Assembly (NCBI GenBank): GCA_965218585.1 | Contig: CBDCLE010000017.1 | Span: 71,470-135,469 of the forward strand | DNA from: Terriglobia bacterium | Lineage (GTDB): Bacteria; Acidobacteriota; Terriglobia; 20CM-2-55-15 | Direction of reading: 5' to 3' | DNA length: 64,000 nucleotides | Notes under the pieces: model-generated | The model's input: the letters and a program-made list of their open reading frames with translations, nothing else | Databases searched by the model: none | Told to the model about the DNA's origin: nothing | Translations under genes and position numbers: made by a program | Part shown: piece after piece, positions 49,821 to 59,066 of the stretch | Layout: every line of letters starts with the position of its first letter | Position numbering within the stretch: position 1 is the first letter of the stretch

Positions 49821-52268
49821 CTATCGCAAGCGATCGGCAATCCCCTCCACGGTTGTGACCAGTTCTCGAAATCTGGTCTGTGTGGCGCCACTTCGACCGT
49901 CGCCCTCCTGGGCAAGCGCCCCAGCCACTGTTTCGAGTTGGTCCGCCACCGCGCGGTCGTTCCCCCCACTCGCCAGCGCATTTTCGGCGCCGTCGAGCGC
50001 GGCGGTCAGCGCTCCTGCCTGCGCCGCTGAAACGACGTTACTTCGGAGGAGCTGGTCCAGATACGCCCGTGCGACCACTGGCTCGGCCGGCCAGGTGTTC
50101 CGCCGTTGTGTCTGTGCGTTGACCACAGCATCCGGGTCCCTGAGCGATGCCGCTGCTATTTCGTTTTCGGTCAGATAATCGCTGGGGACCAGGGCCAACA
50201 CATCGAGACCGCGTGCGATTTCGGTGCCATAGATGAATCCACCGAACCAGTAGGCTGACCAATACCCACCCATGACAAGGTCATCGCCATTGATCGGACC
50301 ACGGTCAAAAAAGGCGATTTCGACCGGGTTCGCGGAGTCGGTAAAATCGATGACCGATATGCCTCCCTGGTACCAGGCCTGAACGAAAATGTCCCGACCG
50401 GGGACGGGTATGAGCGAGCCATTGTGAGCCACACAGTTTTCCTGGTCGCTCTGTGGCGCCGCCATCTTGTAGTGGCTCCGAAACTGCAACCGTCCATTGA
50501 CGATGTCGTAGATTGCATCCGCACCCCAATCCAACGGATCGGACGCGCGGCAACGCGGGCGGCCCCCGCCTCCCCATTCATCGGTAAAAAGCACTTTGGT
50601 TCCATCGTTGTTGAAAGTCGCGGAGTGCCAGTAGGCAAAGCCGGGATCGACCACCTGATCCAAACGGACCGGATTCACCGGATCGCTGATATCAAGAAGG
50701 ATTCCGTTGCCAGAGCAGGCACCGGCGGCCAGGCCAATCTCGGGGAAAGTCGTGATGTCGTGGCACTGATTGGTCAACCGTGTGGTCTGTGTGCCCTCCC
50801 CGTGATCGCCGCCTTCCCACAAACCTGCGATAACCCCCGAATTCGGGTCCGAGAATATGCGGGGGCGATTGATGATGCGGGCCTCCGCGGGTCGCGCCAC
50901 AGGAATCTCGATCACGTCGATACTGAACAGTGCGGTCTCGGCATCTTCAAAGGGTGATTCGTCTGAACAACCGTCGAGCTCCTCACTGGAACGGACCGAG
51001 CCGGTTCCTGACCCATAGACGTAGATGATTCCTTCATCGTCAGGGTCAGTCACGATGGTATGGGTATGGGAACCCCGGCAGGTCTGAACCGCCCCAACCT
51101 GACGAGGCGCTCGCAAGTCGCTGATGTCGAAGATTCGGATACCCCGGAAGCGATCTTCGCTTTCCGGTTCGGCGACTCCCTCGAGGCCACAGTCGAGCCG
51201 CCCCCTGGTTTGCTCGGCCGAATATATCAGGAGATTTCCGACTACCGACACATCGCCCTGTCCGCCCGGGCATACGACCGAACCAAGCAGCTCGGGTGAA
51301 CTTGGATTCACGATGTCGTAGGCATTGAATCCGTGATAATTCCCTGCAATGACGACATCACCTGCAAAGGCCAGGTCACTGTTGGCAAAGTTAAGGAGGC
51401 TGGGCCGTACCTGATCCTCTTCTTCGCCGTCCTCGGCCTCCGCACCCGGCGGTCTACGGGGTACACCCTCGGGGTTTTCCGGATCGAAGAACCCATTCGG
51501 CTTGGGAAGGGCGATGACCAGTTCCATGTTCAGAGAAGCCTGACCCGCATCGTCGAATCCAGCCGCCAGATTGACTCTCGGGTCGGGAGAGAAGCCTGCC
51601 AGCATGGCGTTCATGCGGTCGATTTCACTCGTCTGGTCCGAGGTGATGTCCGATGTAAATGCGAACAGCACCGAGTCCTGTGCCGAGCCTTGTTGATCAA
51701 GGAGATTCTCGACCATCGTCAGGGCGCCTGCGTGATGCTTGATCATGAGTTCAAGAAACAACGAGTCAAACTCAAATCCGTCGGCTTGCTCCAGCTGTTC
51801 TAACTCCTCGTTGGTCAGCATTCCCGGCATCAATCGAAATCCTGGAGCCTGATGAGCATCCTCGGCAGTCACGACGAGGCCCCGGTCACGCAACCAGCCC
51901 TGCATCATGTCGATTTCATCCTCCTGCGAGAGTTCTATGCGCTCGGACAGAAGTTGCATGACTTCGCGGTTACTCCGCTCCTCAACCAGGACAGTCATCT
52001 CCAAAGCCTGGGCATGATGGGAGATCATCCCTTGCATGAACCTCGCGTCGGCCTCGGTAAACTGGATGCTCGCCAGGTCTCCGGCCTCTTCGGCCGAAAT
52101 CTTCCGGCTCGCTTCCCCGGGTGCACCAGGCTGAATGATCGGTGCCTGGGCGGAGCTTTCCGTGACGGCGAACAGACCCAGGGCGGTGATGACTGCTATG
52201 TGAGCAGCCAGACGAAATACGAAGGACGGCAGGCAAGTCATAAGGTTCTCTCCAACAGGGTTTTTCAT
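49821..52268 (-). CDS. large secreted multidomain protein: tandem DUF305 (HHxxA four-helix metal-binding) domains + beta-propeller-like repeats + C-terminal Ala-rich helical domain
   Basis: Signal peptide. MISHHAQALEM and MIKHHAGALTM (DUF305 signature, twice). A long Gly/Asp-rich beta region follows. The C-terminus is AYLDQLLRSNVVSAAQAGALTAALDGAENALASGG (FIMAH-like). Confidence 0.55.
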   Translation of the reverse strand: MKNPVGENLMTCLPSFVFRLAAHIAVITALGLFAVTESSAQAPIIQPGAPGEASRKISAEEAGDLASIQFTEADARFMQGMISHHAQALEMTVLVEERSNREVMQLLSERIELSQEDEIDMMQGWLRDRGLVVTAEDAHQAPGFRLMPGMLTNEELEQLEQADGFEFDSLFLELMIKHHAGALTMVENLLDQQGSAQDSVLFAFTSDITSDQTSEIDRMNAMLAGFSPDPRVNLAAGFDDAGQASLNMELVIALPKPNGFFDPENPEGVPRRPPGAEAEDGEEEDQVRPSLLNFANSDLAFAGDVVIAGNYHGFNAYDIVNPSSPELLGSVVCPGGQGDVSVVGNLLIYSAEQTRGRLDCGLEGVAEPESEDRFRGIRIFDISDLRAPRQVGAVQTCRGSHTHTIVTDPDDEGIIYVYGSGTGSVRSSEELDGCSDESPFEDAETALFSIDVIEIPVARPAEARIINRPRIFSDPNSGVIAGLWEGGDHGEGTQTTRLTNQCHDITTFPEIGLAAGACSGNGILLDISDPVNPVRLDQVVDPGFAYWHSATFNNDGTKVLFTDEWGGGGRPRCRASDPLDWGADAIYDIVNGRLQFRSHYKMAAPQSDQENCVAHNGSLIPVPGRDIFVQAWYQGGISVIDFTDSANPVEIAFFDRGPINGDDLVMGGYWSAYWFGGFIYGTEIARGLDVLALVPSDYLTENEIAAASLRDPDAVVNAQTQRRNTWPAEPVVARAYLDQLLRSNVVSAAQAGALTAALDGAENALASGGNDRAVADQLETVAGALAQEGDGRSGATQTRFRELVTTVEGIADRLR

Positions 52269-52395
52269 CATGGAATTCTTCGAAAGACGCATTTGCACCG
52301 GGGCACCGCGATGTATTGCGATAAATTGCATCCCAGTCAAAGATTGAGACAAAGCGTCGGGATCCGGTTCATGTAATCACGAGCCGCCTGGGCTT

Positions 52396-53547
52396 TTAAT
52401 CGGCCGGTTCCAGGCGAACCACAGACGTCGTCTCGCCACCGCGATCGTCGATGGCCACGTAGATGTAACCGTCGGGTCCCTGGTGGAGGTCCCGGATACG
52501 GCCGTTTCCGTGAAAGAGCGTCTCCTCATGAACGACACTCGTGTCTTCGGTGACAAGGCGCGCGATCTGTTCGCCTGCCATACCGCCTGCGAACATGTTC
52601 CCTTTCCACTCAGGAAAGCGGTCGCCGGTATAAACCATCAGGCCAGAAGTGGCGATTGACGGAACCCAGACATGTACGGGTGACTCCATGCCCTCGCGCC
52701 GCGTACCCTCGTGAATCGCCAGGCCGCTCCCATAGTTGACGCCGTAACCGATGACCGGCCAACCGTAGTTCAAGCCCCTCTGCACCAGATTGAGTTCGTC
52801 GCCACCCTGCGGTCCGTGCTCGGTAATCCAGACGTCGCCGGTCTCGGGGTGGACGACCAGCCCCTGAGGATTGCGGTGCCCGTAGCTCCAGATCTCGGGA
52901 CGTGCGCCGGGGGTATCGACAAAGGGATTGTCCGACGGAACACGCCCGTCGTCATGCAACCTGACGACCACCCCGTGATGGTTCGAAATGTCCTGGGCGG
53001 GATGCGCCATAAGGTCGCCCGTTGCCGGGGCCTGACGCTCACCAACGGTGATGAAAAGGTAGCCGTCACCGTCGAAAGCAAGCCGCGAACCGTAATGCCC
53101 GCGTCCGCGCGATGCGGCCTCGAAAATCTCCTCGACGTTTGTCAGGCGATCATCTTCGAGGCGGCCGCGCACGACAGCCGTGGTCGACTCACCCTCGGGC
53201 AGTGGCTTTGAGAAGCTCAGGTAGAGCATCTGGTTCGATGCAAAGTCGGGATGGAGCGCTATGTCGAGCAGCCCGCCCTGTCCCTGGGCGAAGACTTCCG
53301 GAACACCGGCCACGGGATCGGCAAGGAGTTGCCCGTACCGGACGATTCGCAGCCGGCCGGGACGTTCGGAGATCAGGATGTCTCCGTCAGCAAGCGCCGC
53401 GACCGACCACGGGTTCAAGAGACCCTCCGCCACGGTGACGACGCGATAATCGTGGTCGGTTGACCGCATGAGGGGTGATTGGGCAAACGCCTGTGTCACG
53501 GCGACGAACACGAAAAGCGTCGCCAGTGCCCAGAATGTACGACTCAT
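52396..53547 (-). CDS. PQQ-dependent sugar dehydrogenase (soluble aldose sugar dehydrogenase YliI-like)
   Basis: Signal peptide, 6-bladed propeller motifs, and characteristic GLLNPWSVAAL, HHGVVVRL and YGHRNPQGL segments. Confidence 0.75.
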   Translation of the reverse strand: MSRTFWALATLFVFVAVTQAFAQSPLMRSTDHDYRVVTVAEGLLNPWSVAALADGDILISERPGRLRIVRYGQLLADPVAGVPEVFAQGQGGLLDIALHPDFASNQMLYLSFSKPLPEGESTTAVVRGRLEDDRLTNVEEIFEAASRGRGHYGSRLAFDGDGYLFITVGERQAPATGDLMAHPAQDISNHHGVVVRLHDDGRVPSDNPFVDTPGARPEIWSYGHRNPQGLVVHPETGDVWITEHGPQGGDELNLVQRGLNYGWPVIGYGVNYGSGLAIHEGTRREGMESPVHVWVPSIATSGLMVYTGDRFPEWKGNMFAGGMAGEQIARLVTEDTSVVHEETLFHGNGRIRDLHQGPDGYIYVAIDDRGGETTSVVRLEPAD

Positions 53548-53773
53548 GAAGATCTCCTTTTGGCCGTTGGGCCTCGTGACTCGGATGGAAGGGACCAAAC
53601 CTATCCCCTCCAGGGGACTCGCCTACCTTGAACTACGCCGGGAGCAAAGCCCCAATAGCTTATATCACCACGAATCTGTTGCAAATCAGGAATCGACCCG
53701 GGCCCTCAGATCGTTCTTCGCTTCTCCAGCGCTGTGTGCGGATGGGAGACACGATGTCGTGGTTCCACAGACT

Positions 53774-54145
53774 TCATACGTGCTGATCAACCAGGATCGG
53801 ATTTCCGTCCGGGTCCAGGGCGATGAAACTTGCCGGCCCGGTGGTGGTCTCGTCCGCCTCGGCAAGTAATGGTACGCCTTGCGCCTTCAACTGGCGCTGA
53901 AGGTCGCGCACGTCGGTAAACGTAGCGAGTTCGCCGGCGTTGCTGTCCCAGCCCGGATTAAAGGTCAGCGTATTCTTTTCGAACATGCCCTCGAAGAGAC
54001 CTATGGCGTGATCACCGTTCTTCAGGATCAGCCAGTTCTCGGAGGCCTCTCCGGCAAAAACCTTGAAGCCGAATTTTTCGTAGAAAACCTTCGAAGCCTG
54101 GAGATCGGTGACGGCCAGGCTGATCGAAAATGTGCCGAGTTCCAT
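53774..54145 (-). CDS. VOC family protein (glyoxalase/bleomycin-resistance fold)
   Basis: 123 aa with a beta-alpha-beta-beta-beta pattern (FSISLAVTDLQASKVFYEKFGF...DPDGNPI). Confidence 0.7.
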   Translation of the reverse strand: MELGTFSISLAVTDLQASKVFYEKFGFKVFAGEASENWLILKNGDHAIGLFEGMFEKNTLTFNPGWDSNAGELATFTDVRDLQRQLKAQGVPLLAEADETTTGPASFIALDPDGNPILVDQHV

Positions 54146-54215
54146 ATGTGCTCCTTAGTTGCGGCCGGCTTGCCGGCCGACACAAGAATCGGTTTGTAGC
54201 TATGACAATAGCGAA

Positions 54216-56067
54216 TCAATGCGAAGGCGCAGTTTCGATTTTTACGGCCGGTCCGACATGTTCGGGCTCCCGGATCTGATCGACCAGGTCGCGTGTAGCG
54301 GAACTCGGAGGCGGGAAAAACCCTGTAAGCCCAAGGGTGACGGCAAAGTTCAGCATCATGCCGACCGACCCGATCCCCTGCGGGTCGATCCCGTTCGTGA
54401 ACAATCCGAAGGTCCAGCGGTCCATTCCAAAGAAGACAGTCGCGATGATGTAAAACGCGGTGAAGGAAATCCCTGCGATCATGCCCGCAACTGCCGGAAC
54501 GGTTCCAACCCGTTTGCTGAAGATACCCAGAACGATCGCCGGGAAAAAAACTGGCTGCCGCCAGACCAAAGGCAAAAGCGACGACCTGGCTGACAAACCC
54601 GGGTGGATAGATGCCGAAGATTCCCGCGATAACGACGGCAACACCGATGACTCCACGTCCAACCCTCAGGCGTTGGGCTTCGCTGGCTTCGGGCCGCAGG
54701 ATCCGAAAATAGAGGTCGTGAGCGACACTGGAGGAGATCACCAGCAGAAGACCGCTCGCCGTCGAAAGTGCAGCCGCGAGACCTCCAGCCGCAACAAGCG
54801 CAATGATCCAGTTCGCCAGCTCGGCCATTTCAGGCGTTGCAAGAACGATGATATCCCTGTCGGGCCCGGAGAGTCCGGCGTCCCTCAAAGCGATTCTTGC
54901 ATCCAGACCGGCCGTGCCTCCGGTGTCGAGCCACTGTTGATGCGAAGCTCTGAGCGAAGCCAGTTCCGCTGTGGCCAACGTTCCGTTACGGAAGACCTCG
55001 TTATCCTCGCCCGCAGCATAGAGAACCTGCCCGTCGCCGTTATCGAGCCATAGAATCAGACCGGTCCGTTCCCAGTTCTCGAACCACTCGGGTAGCTCTT
55101 CAGCCCTCTGCCCATTCAGGCTGTCGATCATGAAGTAACGCGCAAATGCGGCGGTTGCCGGGGCCGTCAGGTACAGCATCGAAATAAAGAAAAGCGCCCA
55201 AAACGCACTCCACCGCGCAGCCTTGACCGACTTGACCGTGTAAAAACGGACGATCACATGAGGCAGGCCTGCGGTGCCCACCATCAGGGCCAGAGCAACC
55301 AGAAAGACGTTGACCTTGTCCCAACCTCCGACGAACGTATCCGTGTAGGCTGCAAAACCCAGATCCGTATGTATCTGATTCAGTCGTTCCAACAGGTAGA
55401 CGCTGGTTCCATCATCCGCGCCGATCAGTTCGCCTCCAAGGCCAACCTGGGGCAGCAGATCTCCGGTCAGTCGGATACTAATTGCGATTGCGGGTATGAG
55501 AAAGGCCGTGATCAGGACCCAGTATTGGGCCACCTGCGTCCAGGTTATTCCCTTCATGCCGCCGAGCGTCGCGTAGACAAAAACGATCGCCATGCCGATG
55601 ACGACACCCACGTTGATATCCACTTCCAGAAAACGGCTGAAGACCACGCCCACGCCGCGCATCTGTCCGGCGACATAGGTGAACGAGATAAAGATGGCAC
55701 AGACCACTGCGGTCATTCGTGCCACGTTCGATTCGTAGCGATCACCGATGAAATCCGGAACCGTGTAGTGTCCGAACTTTCTCAGGTATGGGGCGAGCAG
55801 GAGGGCCAACAGGACAAACCCTCCGGTCCAGCCCATGAGATAGATCCCTCCCGCATATCCCATGGTCGAGATCAGGCCCGCCATCGAAATGTACGACGCG
55901 GCGCTCATCCAGTCCGCTGCGGTGGCCATTCCGTTCGCACCGGCAGGCACTCCCTGTCCGGCGACGTAAAAACCCCTGGTGTCGGTGACACAGCTCAACC
56001 AGGCGATCGTCAGATAGAGACCAAAGGTGAGGCCGACGAAGAGGTAGGTCCAGCCCTGTACGCTCAT
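54216..56067 (-). CDS. sodium:solute symporter family transporter (cation/acetate ActP-like), frame broken in an A7 run near 54541-54555
   Basis: SSF TM topology and motifs. The N-terminal ~500 aa are in frame 54028..56325 from Met 56067, and the C-terminal 148 aa are in ORF 54216..54662. Repairing one base in the A7/T7 run gives ...GLAAASFFPAIVLGIFSKRVGTVPA... Confidence 0.8.
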
Positions 56068-56381
56068 CGGGCATCTCCACGGCGGCTCTCGTCGATCTCC
56101 CGGTGGTGTGCAGCATCCAGCCGATTCATCAAGAGGCAGTAAACGAGGATGAGGAGAACAAAGGCGATAATGCTGCCCTGTTGCGCAAACCAGAATCCGA
56201 GTGGATATCCGGTTCCGGGAAGCCTGTAGGTGTTCAGCACGTCGGCGAAAAGGACGCCGGCCCCCAGTCCCGCCAACGCCCAACCGAAGAGAAGAGTGAC
56301 CATGATGCGCACGTTGCGCCGCCAATACGACTGGAGCAGTGTTCTGGTGTCGGGTTTCGCCTGTGGGGATTCAGCGTTCAT
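56064..56381 (-). CDS. DUF4212 small membrane protein (putative solute:sodium symporter small subunit)
   Basis: 105 aa, two TM helices, always found upstream of ActP-like symporters. Its stop overlaps the symporter start (ATGA). Confidence 0.7.
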   Translation of the reverse strand: MNAESPQAKPDTRTLLQSYWRRNVRIMVTLLFGWALAGLGAGVLFADVLNTYRLPGTGYPLGFWFAQQGSIIAFVLLILVYCLLMNRLDAAHHREIDESRRGDAR

Positions 56382-56504
56382 GGGGATCAGAAAAGCGCTG
56401 CGATTCTATCGGAGGGGATTAGCAAGGTCAACGGACACGTGAGACTCCGATTGCTTCCAACTTCTTAGTTCTACTATCATTTGCCAAGAAGGAGGCCGGG
56501 ATCG

Positions 56505-56870
56505 TTGACAGATCGAAAAACCCTCGAATCTCTCGACTTAGAAGAAATCTATGAGACAGCACCCGTGGGCTTGTGCGTCTTTGATACGGACGTTCGGTAC
56601 GTTCGCATCAACCGATACCTGGCAGCGATCAACGGCAAACCGGCTTCCGAACACGTTGGTCGATCGATTGAGGAAATGGCGCCCGAGGTGGCACCCACGG
56701 TGACACCGATGATCAAGAAGGTAATCGACACGGGTGAGCCGGTCTTCAATTGGGAAGTCATCAAACGAACGAACACGGGCGATTCTGAAACAGCTCAAGT
56801 TTTCCTTTGCACTTACCACCCACTCAGGACAGTCGACGGCGAGATAGTTGGCATTTCGTCTGTTGTGCAG
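56505..56870 (+). pseudogene. PAS-domain signalling protein, 3'-truncated by IS256 copy 2
   Basis: PAS fold (APVGLCVFDTDVRYVRINRYLAAINGKPASEHVGRS...). A strong RBS AAGGAGG lies 9 nt before TTG 56505. The ORF runs into the IS end at 56871 and terminates inside the IS. Confidence 0.7.
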
Positions 56871-58147
56871 GAGGTCATTACAAAAGGTGTGTAAAAGTCA
56901 TCAGGCGGCGGCCTTCGATTTCATCACGACTCTGATGCCGTCAGCGAATTGCTGGCCATCATAGACCTCTTGTAAGAGTTCGGATCCTTTTAAGTGTCGC
57001 CAAGCCTTCTCAGCGACACGTAGTAGCTTCCAGATCATTGCCGTTGCATTCTCGACACGCTTGAATCGGCGAGCGGCGTTGGTGCGGAGACGAACCATGT
57101 CGAAGGGCGATTCGACGATGTTGGTCGTTCTCAGATGCACCCAGTGTTGTTTCGGGAACTCATAGAAAGTAATCATCCGGTCCCAGTCCCGCAACAGCGT
57201 CTCACCCGCTTTGGGATAGTTCTTCTCATATCGGCGGACGAACTGATCCCGCTTTCGTTCGCAGGCCGCGCGGGAGTTCGCGAAGGCCATCCCATGAAGC
57301 AGCTGTCTGGCCGCGGGCTGCTCGGTCTTCGGCAGATGATCGACCACGTTGATCGACTTGTGGTTCCAGCAGCGTTGTTCCTGGCCCTGGGGCTGTTGCT
57401 CGGCCAGCGCGGACCAGATGCCCAGGTGACCGTCCGCGACAGTCAGCCGTCCCAGCTTCAGGCCCCGTCTCTGGAGATTGCGCAGAATGCGGCTCCAGGA
57501 CTCCTTGCTTTCCCGCTGCCCGCTCTCACAGGCCAACAGCACTTTGCGCCCGTCTGACAAGGCTCCGATGATCACCAGCAATGCCGCTCGCTCTTTCGCG
57601 ATCCCCGCTTTCACGTACAAGCCGTCTGCCCACTGGTACACGACCTCGAGGCCGGACAGGTCCTGCTGGACCCACTCGTCATACTCCAACTGCCAGGTCG
57701 ATTTCAGTCGTTGGATCGATGCTCGCGACAACGGAGCGCCAGCGCCAAGCAGTCCGCGCATGGCCTGCTCGAAGTCCCCTGTGGCCAGACCGTGGAGGTA
57801 GAGATCGGGAAGTAGCTCGCCCAGCTGTTTCGATTTCCGTCGAAAATACGGCAGGATCTGACTCTCGAACCGCTCGGCGGTGTTTCGAACCCGAGGTCGT
57901 CGAACCTCCATCGTACCGTTCATCATTGCGAAGCGTCGCGGCTTCCCGTGACCGTTCCGGTATCCTCGTCGATTCGGACTCCGCTCCAACTTTTCCCGAC
58001 CCAGAAATTGAGTGACTTCGTCCTCGAGCAGCTCCTGTAGCCAGACTTGGACCCGGGATCGCGCCCAGTCCTCCAAACCTTCATACGCGTTCGTTGACGC
58101 CACTGATGCCGGTATGTCCTTCTTCTTCATGGGTGGTGTACCTTTCT
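56871..58147 (-). mobile_element. IS256-family element, second copy (inverted relative to copy 1), missing about 88 bp of its left end including IRL
   Basis: Right end GAGGTCATTACAAAAGGTGTGTAAAAG is identical to copy 1. Identity to copy 1 stops 20 nt upstream of the transposase ATG (at 58147). No target duplication can be assessed. Confidence 0.8.
56901..58130 (-). CDS. IS256-family transposase (copy 2, ~99% aa identity to 8482..9711)
   Basis: Same protein as copy 1, with about 5 substitutions (e.g. EKSERS>EKLERS, ADSLYVK>ADGLYVK). Confidence 0.9.
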   Translation of the reverse strand: MKKKDIPASVASTNAYEGLEDWARSRVQVWLQELLEDEVTQFLGREKLERSPNRRGYRNGHGKPRRFAMMNGTMEVRRPRVRNTAERFESQILPYFRRKSKQLGELLPDLYLHGLATGDFEQAMRGLLGAGAPLSRASIQRLKSTWQLEYDEWVQQDLSGLEVVYQWADGLYVKAGIAKERAALLVIIGALSDGRKVLLACESGQRESKESWSRILRNLQRRGLKLGRLTVADGHLGIWSALAEQQPQGQEQRCWNHKSINVVDHLPKTEQPAARQLLHGMAFANSRAACERKRDQFVRRYEKNYPKAGETLLRDWDRMITFYEFPKQHWVHLRTTNIVESPFDMVRLRTNAARRFKRVENATAMIWKLLRVAEKAWRHLKGSELLQEVYDGQQFADGIRVVMKSKAAA

Positions 58148-58708
58148 TGCCCGCAACCAATCGATAACGAAAGGATCCCCGGACCCGGGCGGCAAGATGT
58201 CGCTGGTGCTGTCAATCCTGCTGTTTCCGGCAAAGAACATCAGCTTGTTGGGCTGAGTGCTGGTTGGCAAAGGCGCAAACCACTGGTCACAAACGGCGAA
58301 CTCGTTTGCCAGAAACGTTGTGATGGGCACGGCGCCCGGCCGTTGGAATCCCATCACTTCGGGTTCGGTCGGGTCAGGGATCTCGAAGCCTCTCTCTTGG
58401 GCATACTCGAAGTACGAACGGGCAAAGCCGTTCATACTGTGACCGTTGCCGCTTTTCGCAAGCTGGACGGCGATTCTCTCCCGTGCGTGTGGCGCATCGC
58501 CCGGCAACCACTTGTCTCCTGCTTCGAAGGGAAAGAACGACTTGCTGCCAAACCGATTCTCGTAGTCGGAGCGCTCAAGCGGGCGATGCAATCCGTTGAC
58601 GTCCCTGCCGAGGTCGTAGCTGAGGTGTCCCAGCATGTGGTCGAAGGAGCGGTCTTCGAACATCAGATAGACGATCGTGTCAACGAGTCTGGGGTCTGTC
58701 ATGAGCAC
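58148..58708 (-). pseudogene. phosphoesterase family protein (PlcC/AcpA-type phospholipase C/acid phosphatase) N-terminal fragment, 3'-truncated at the IS copy 2 boundary
   Basis: N-terminal motif TIVYLMFEDRSFDHMLGHL is typical of Pfam phosphoesterase (PF04185). Only about 185 aa remain before the IS sequence, whereas full-length members are 500-700 aa. Confidence 0.65.
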
Positions 58709-59066
58709 CTCACGATTTGCTGTCCTCTATTCACACCGAGCCATGACCAGCCGACGGCCTGTCTCACCACGGCGGCCCGCACTCGCCAGGTCTGTCATGA
58801 AACTGTGCCTCACTAATCAGATAGGACGTAATCTAACGCAAAATTCGTTTGGGAGCCTCGGGAAACTGGATCATATGCCGAGCTAAGCCACCTAAAAGAG
58901 CGGACCGTGAGAGACGGATCGAAAGCGGTATTTCTGAATAAAATCAGCTTCAAGTCTCACCCAAGAGATGGACACCTTAGCAGGAGTCTAAATCACTGAT
59001 TTAAAGGCTCAAAACGCGCTCCCCGCAAACCTACCCGCAAATAACCAATTTGCTTTACGGGTATTA

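Noticed and set aside
54028-54216. The apparent 765-aa ORF 54028..56325 extending past the symporter into the VOC gene
   Set aside because: It is an artefact of the frame change at the A7 run. Downstream of about 54550 this frame encodes an Arg/His-rich nonsense tail, while the correct symporter C-terminus is in ORF 54216..54662.
8377-58147. Composite transposon formed by the two IS256 copies
   Set aside because: The intervening 47 kb carries essential single-copy housekeeping genes (uvrB, rnc, lepB, asnS, coaE, folD, thrC). One copy lacks an end, and the copies are inverted. Chromosomal IS copies with potential for inversion fit better than a mobile composite element.
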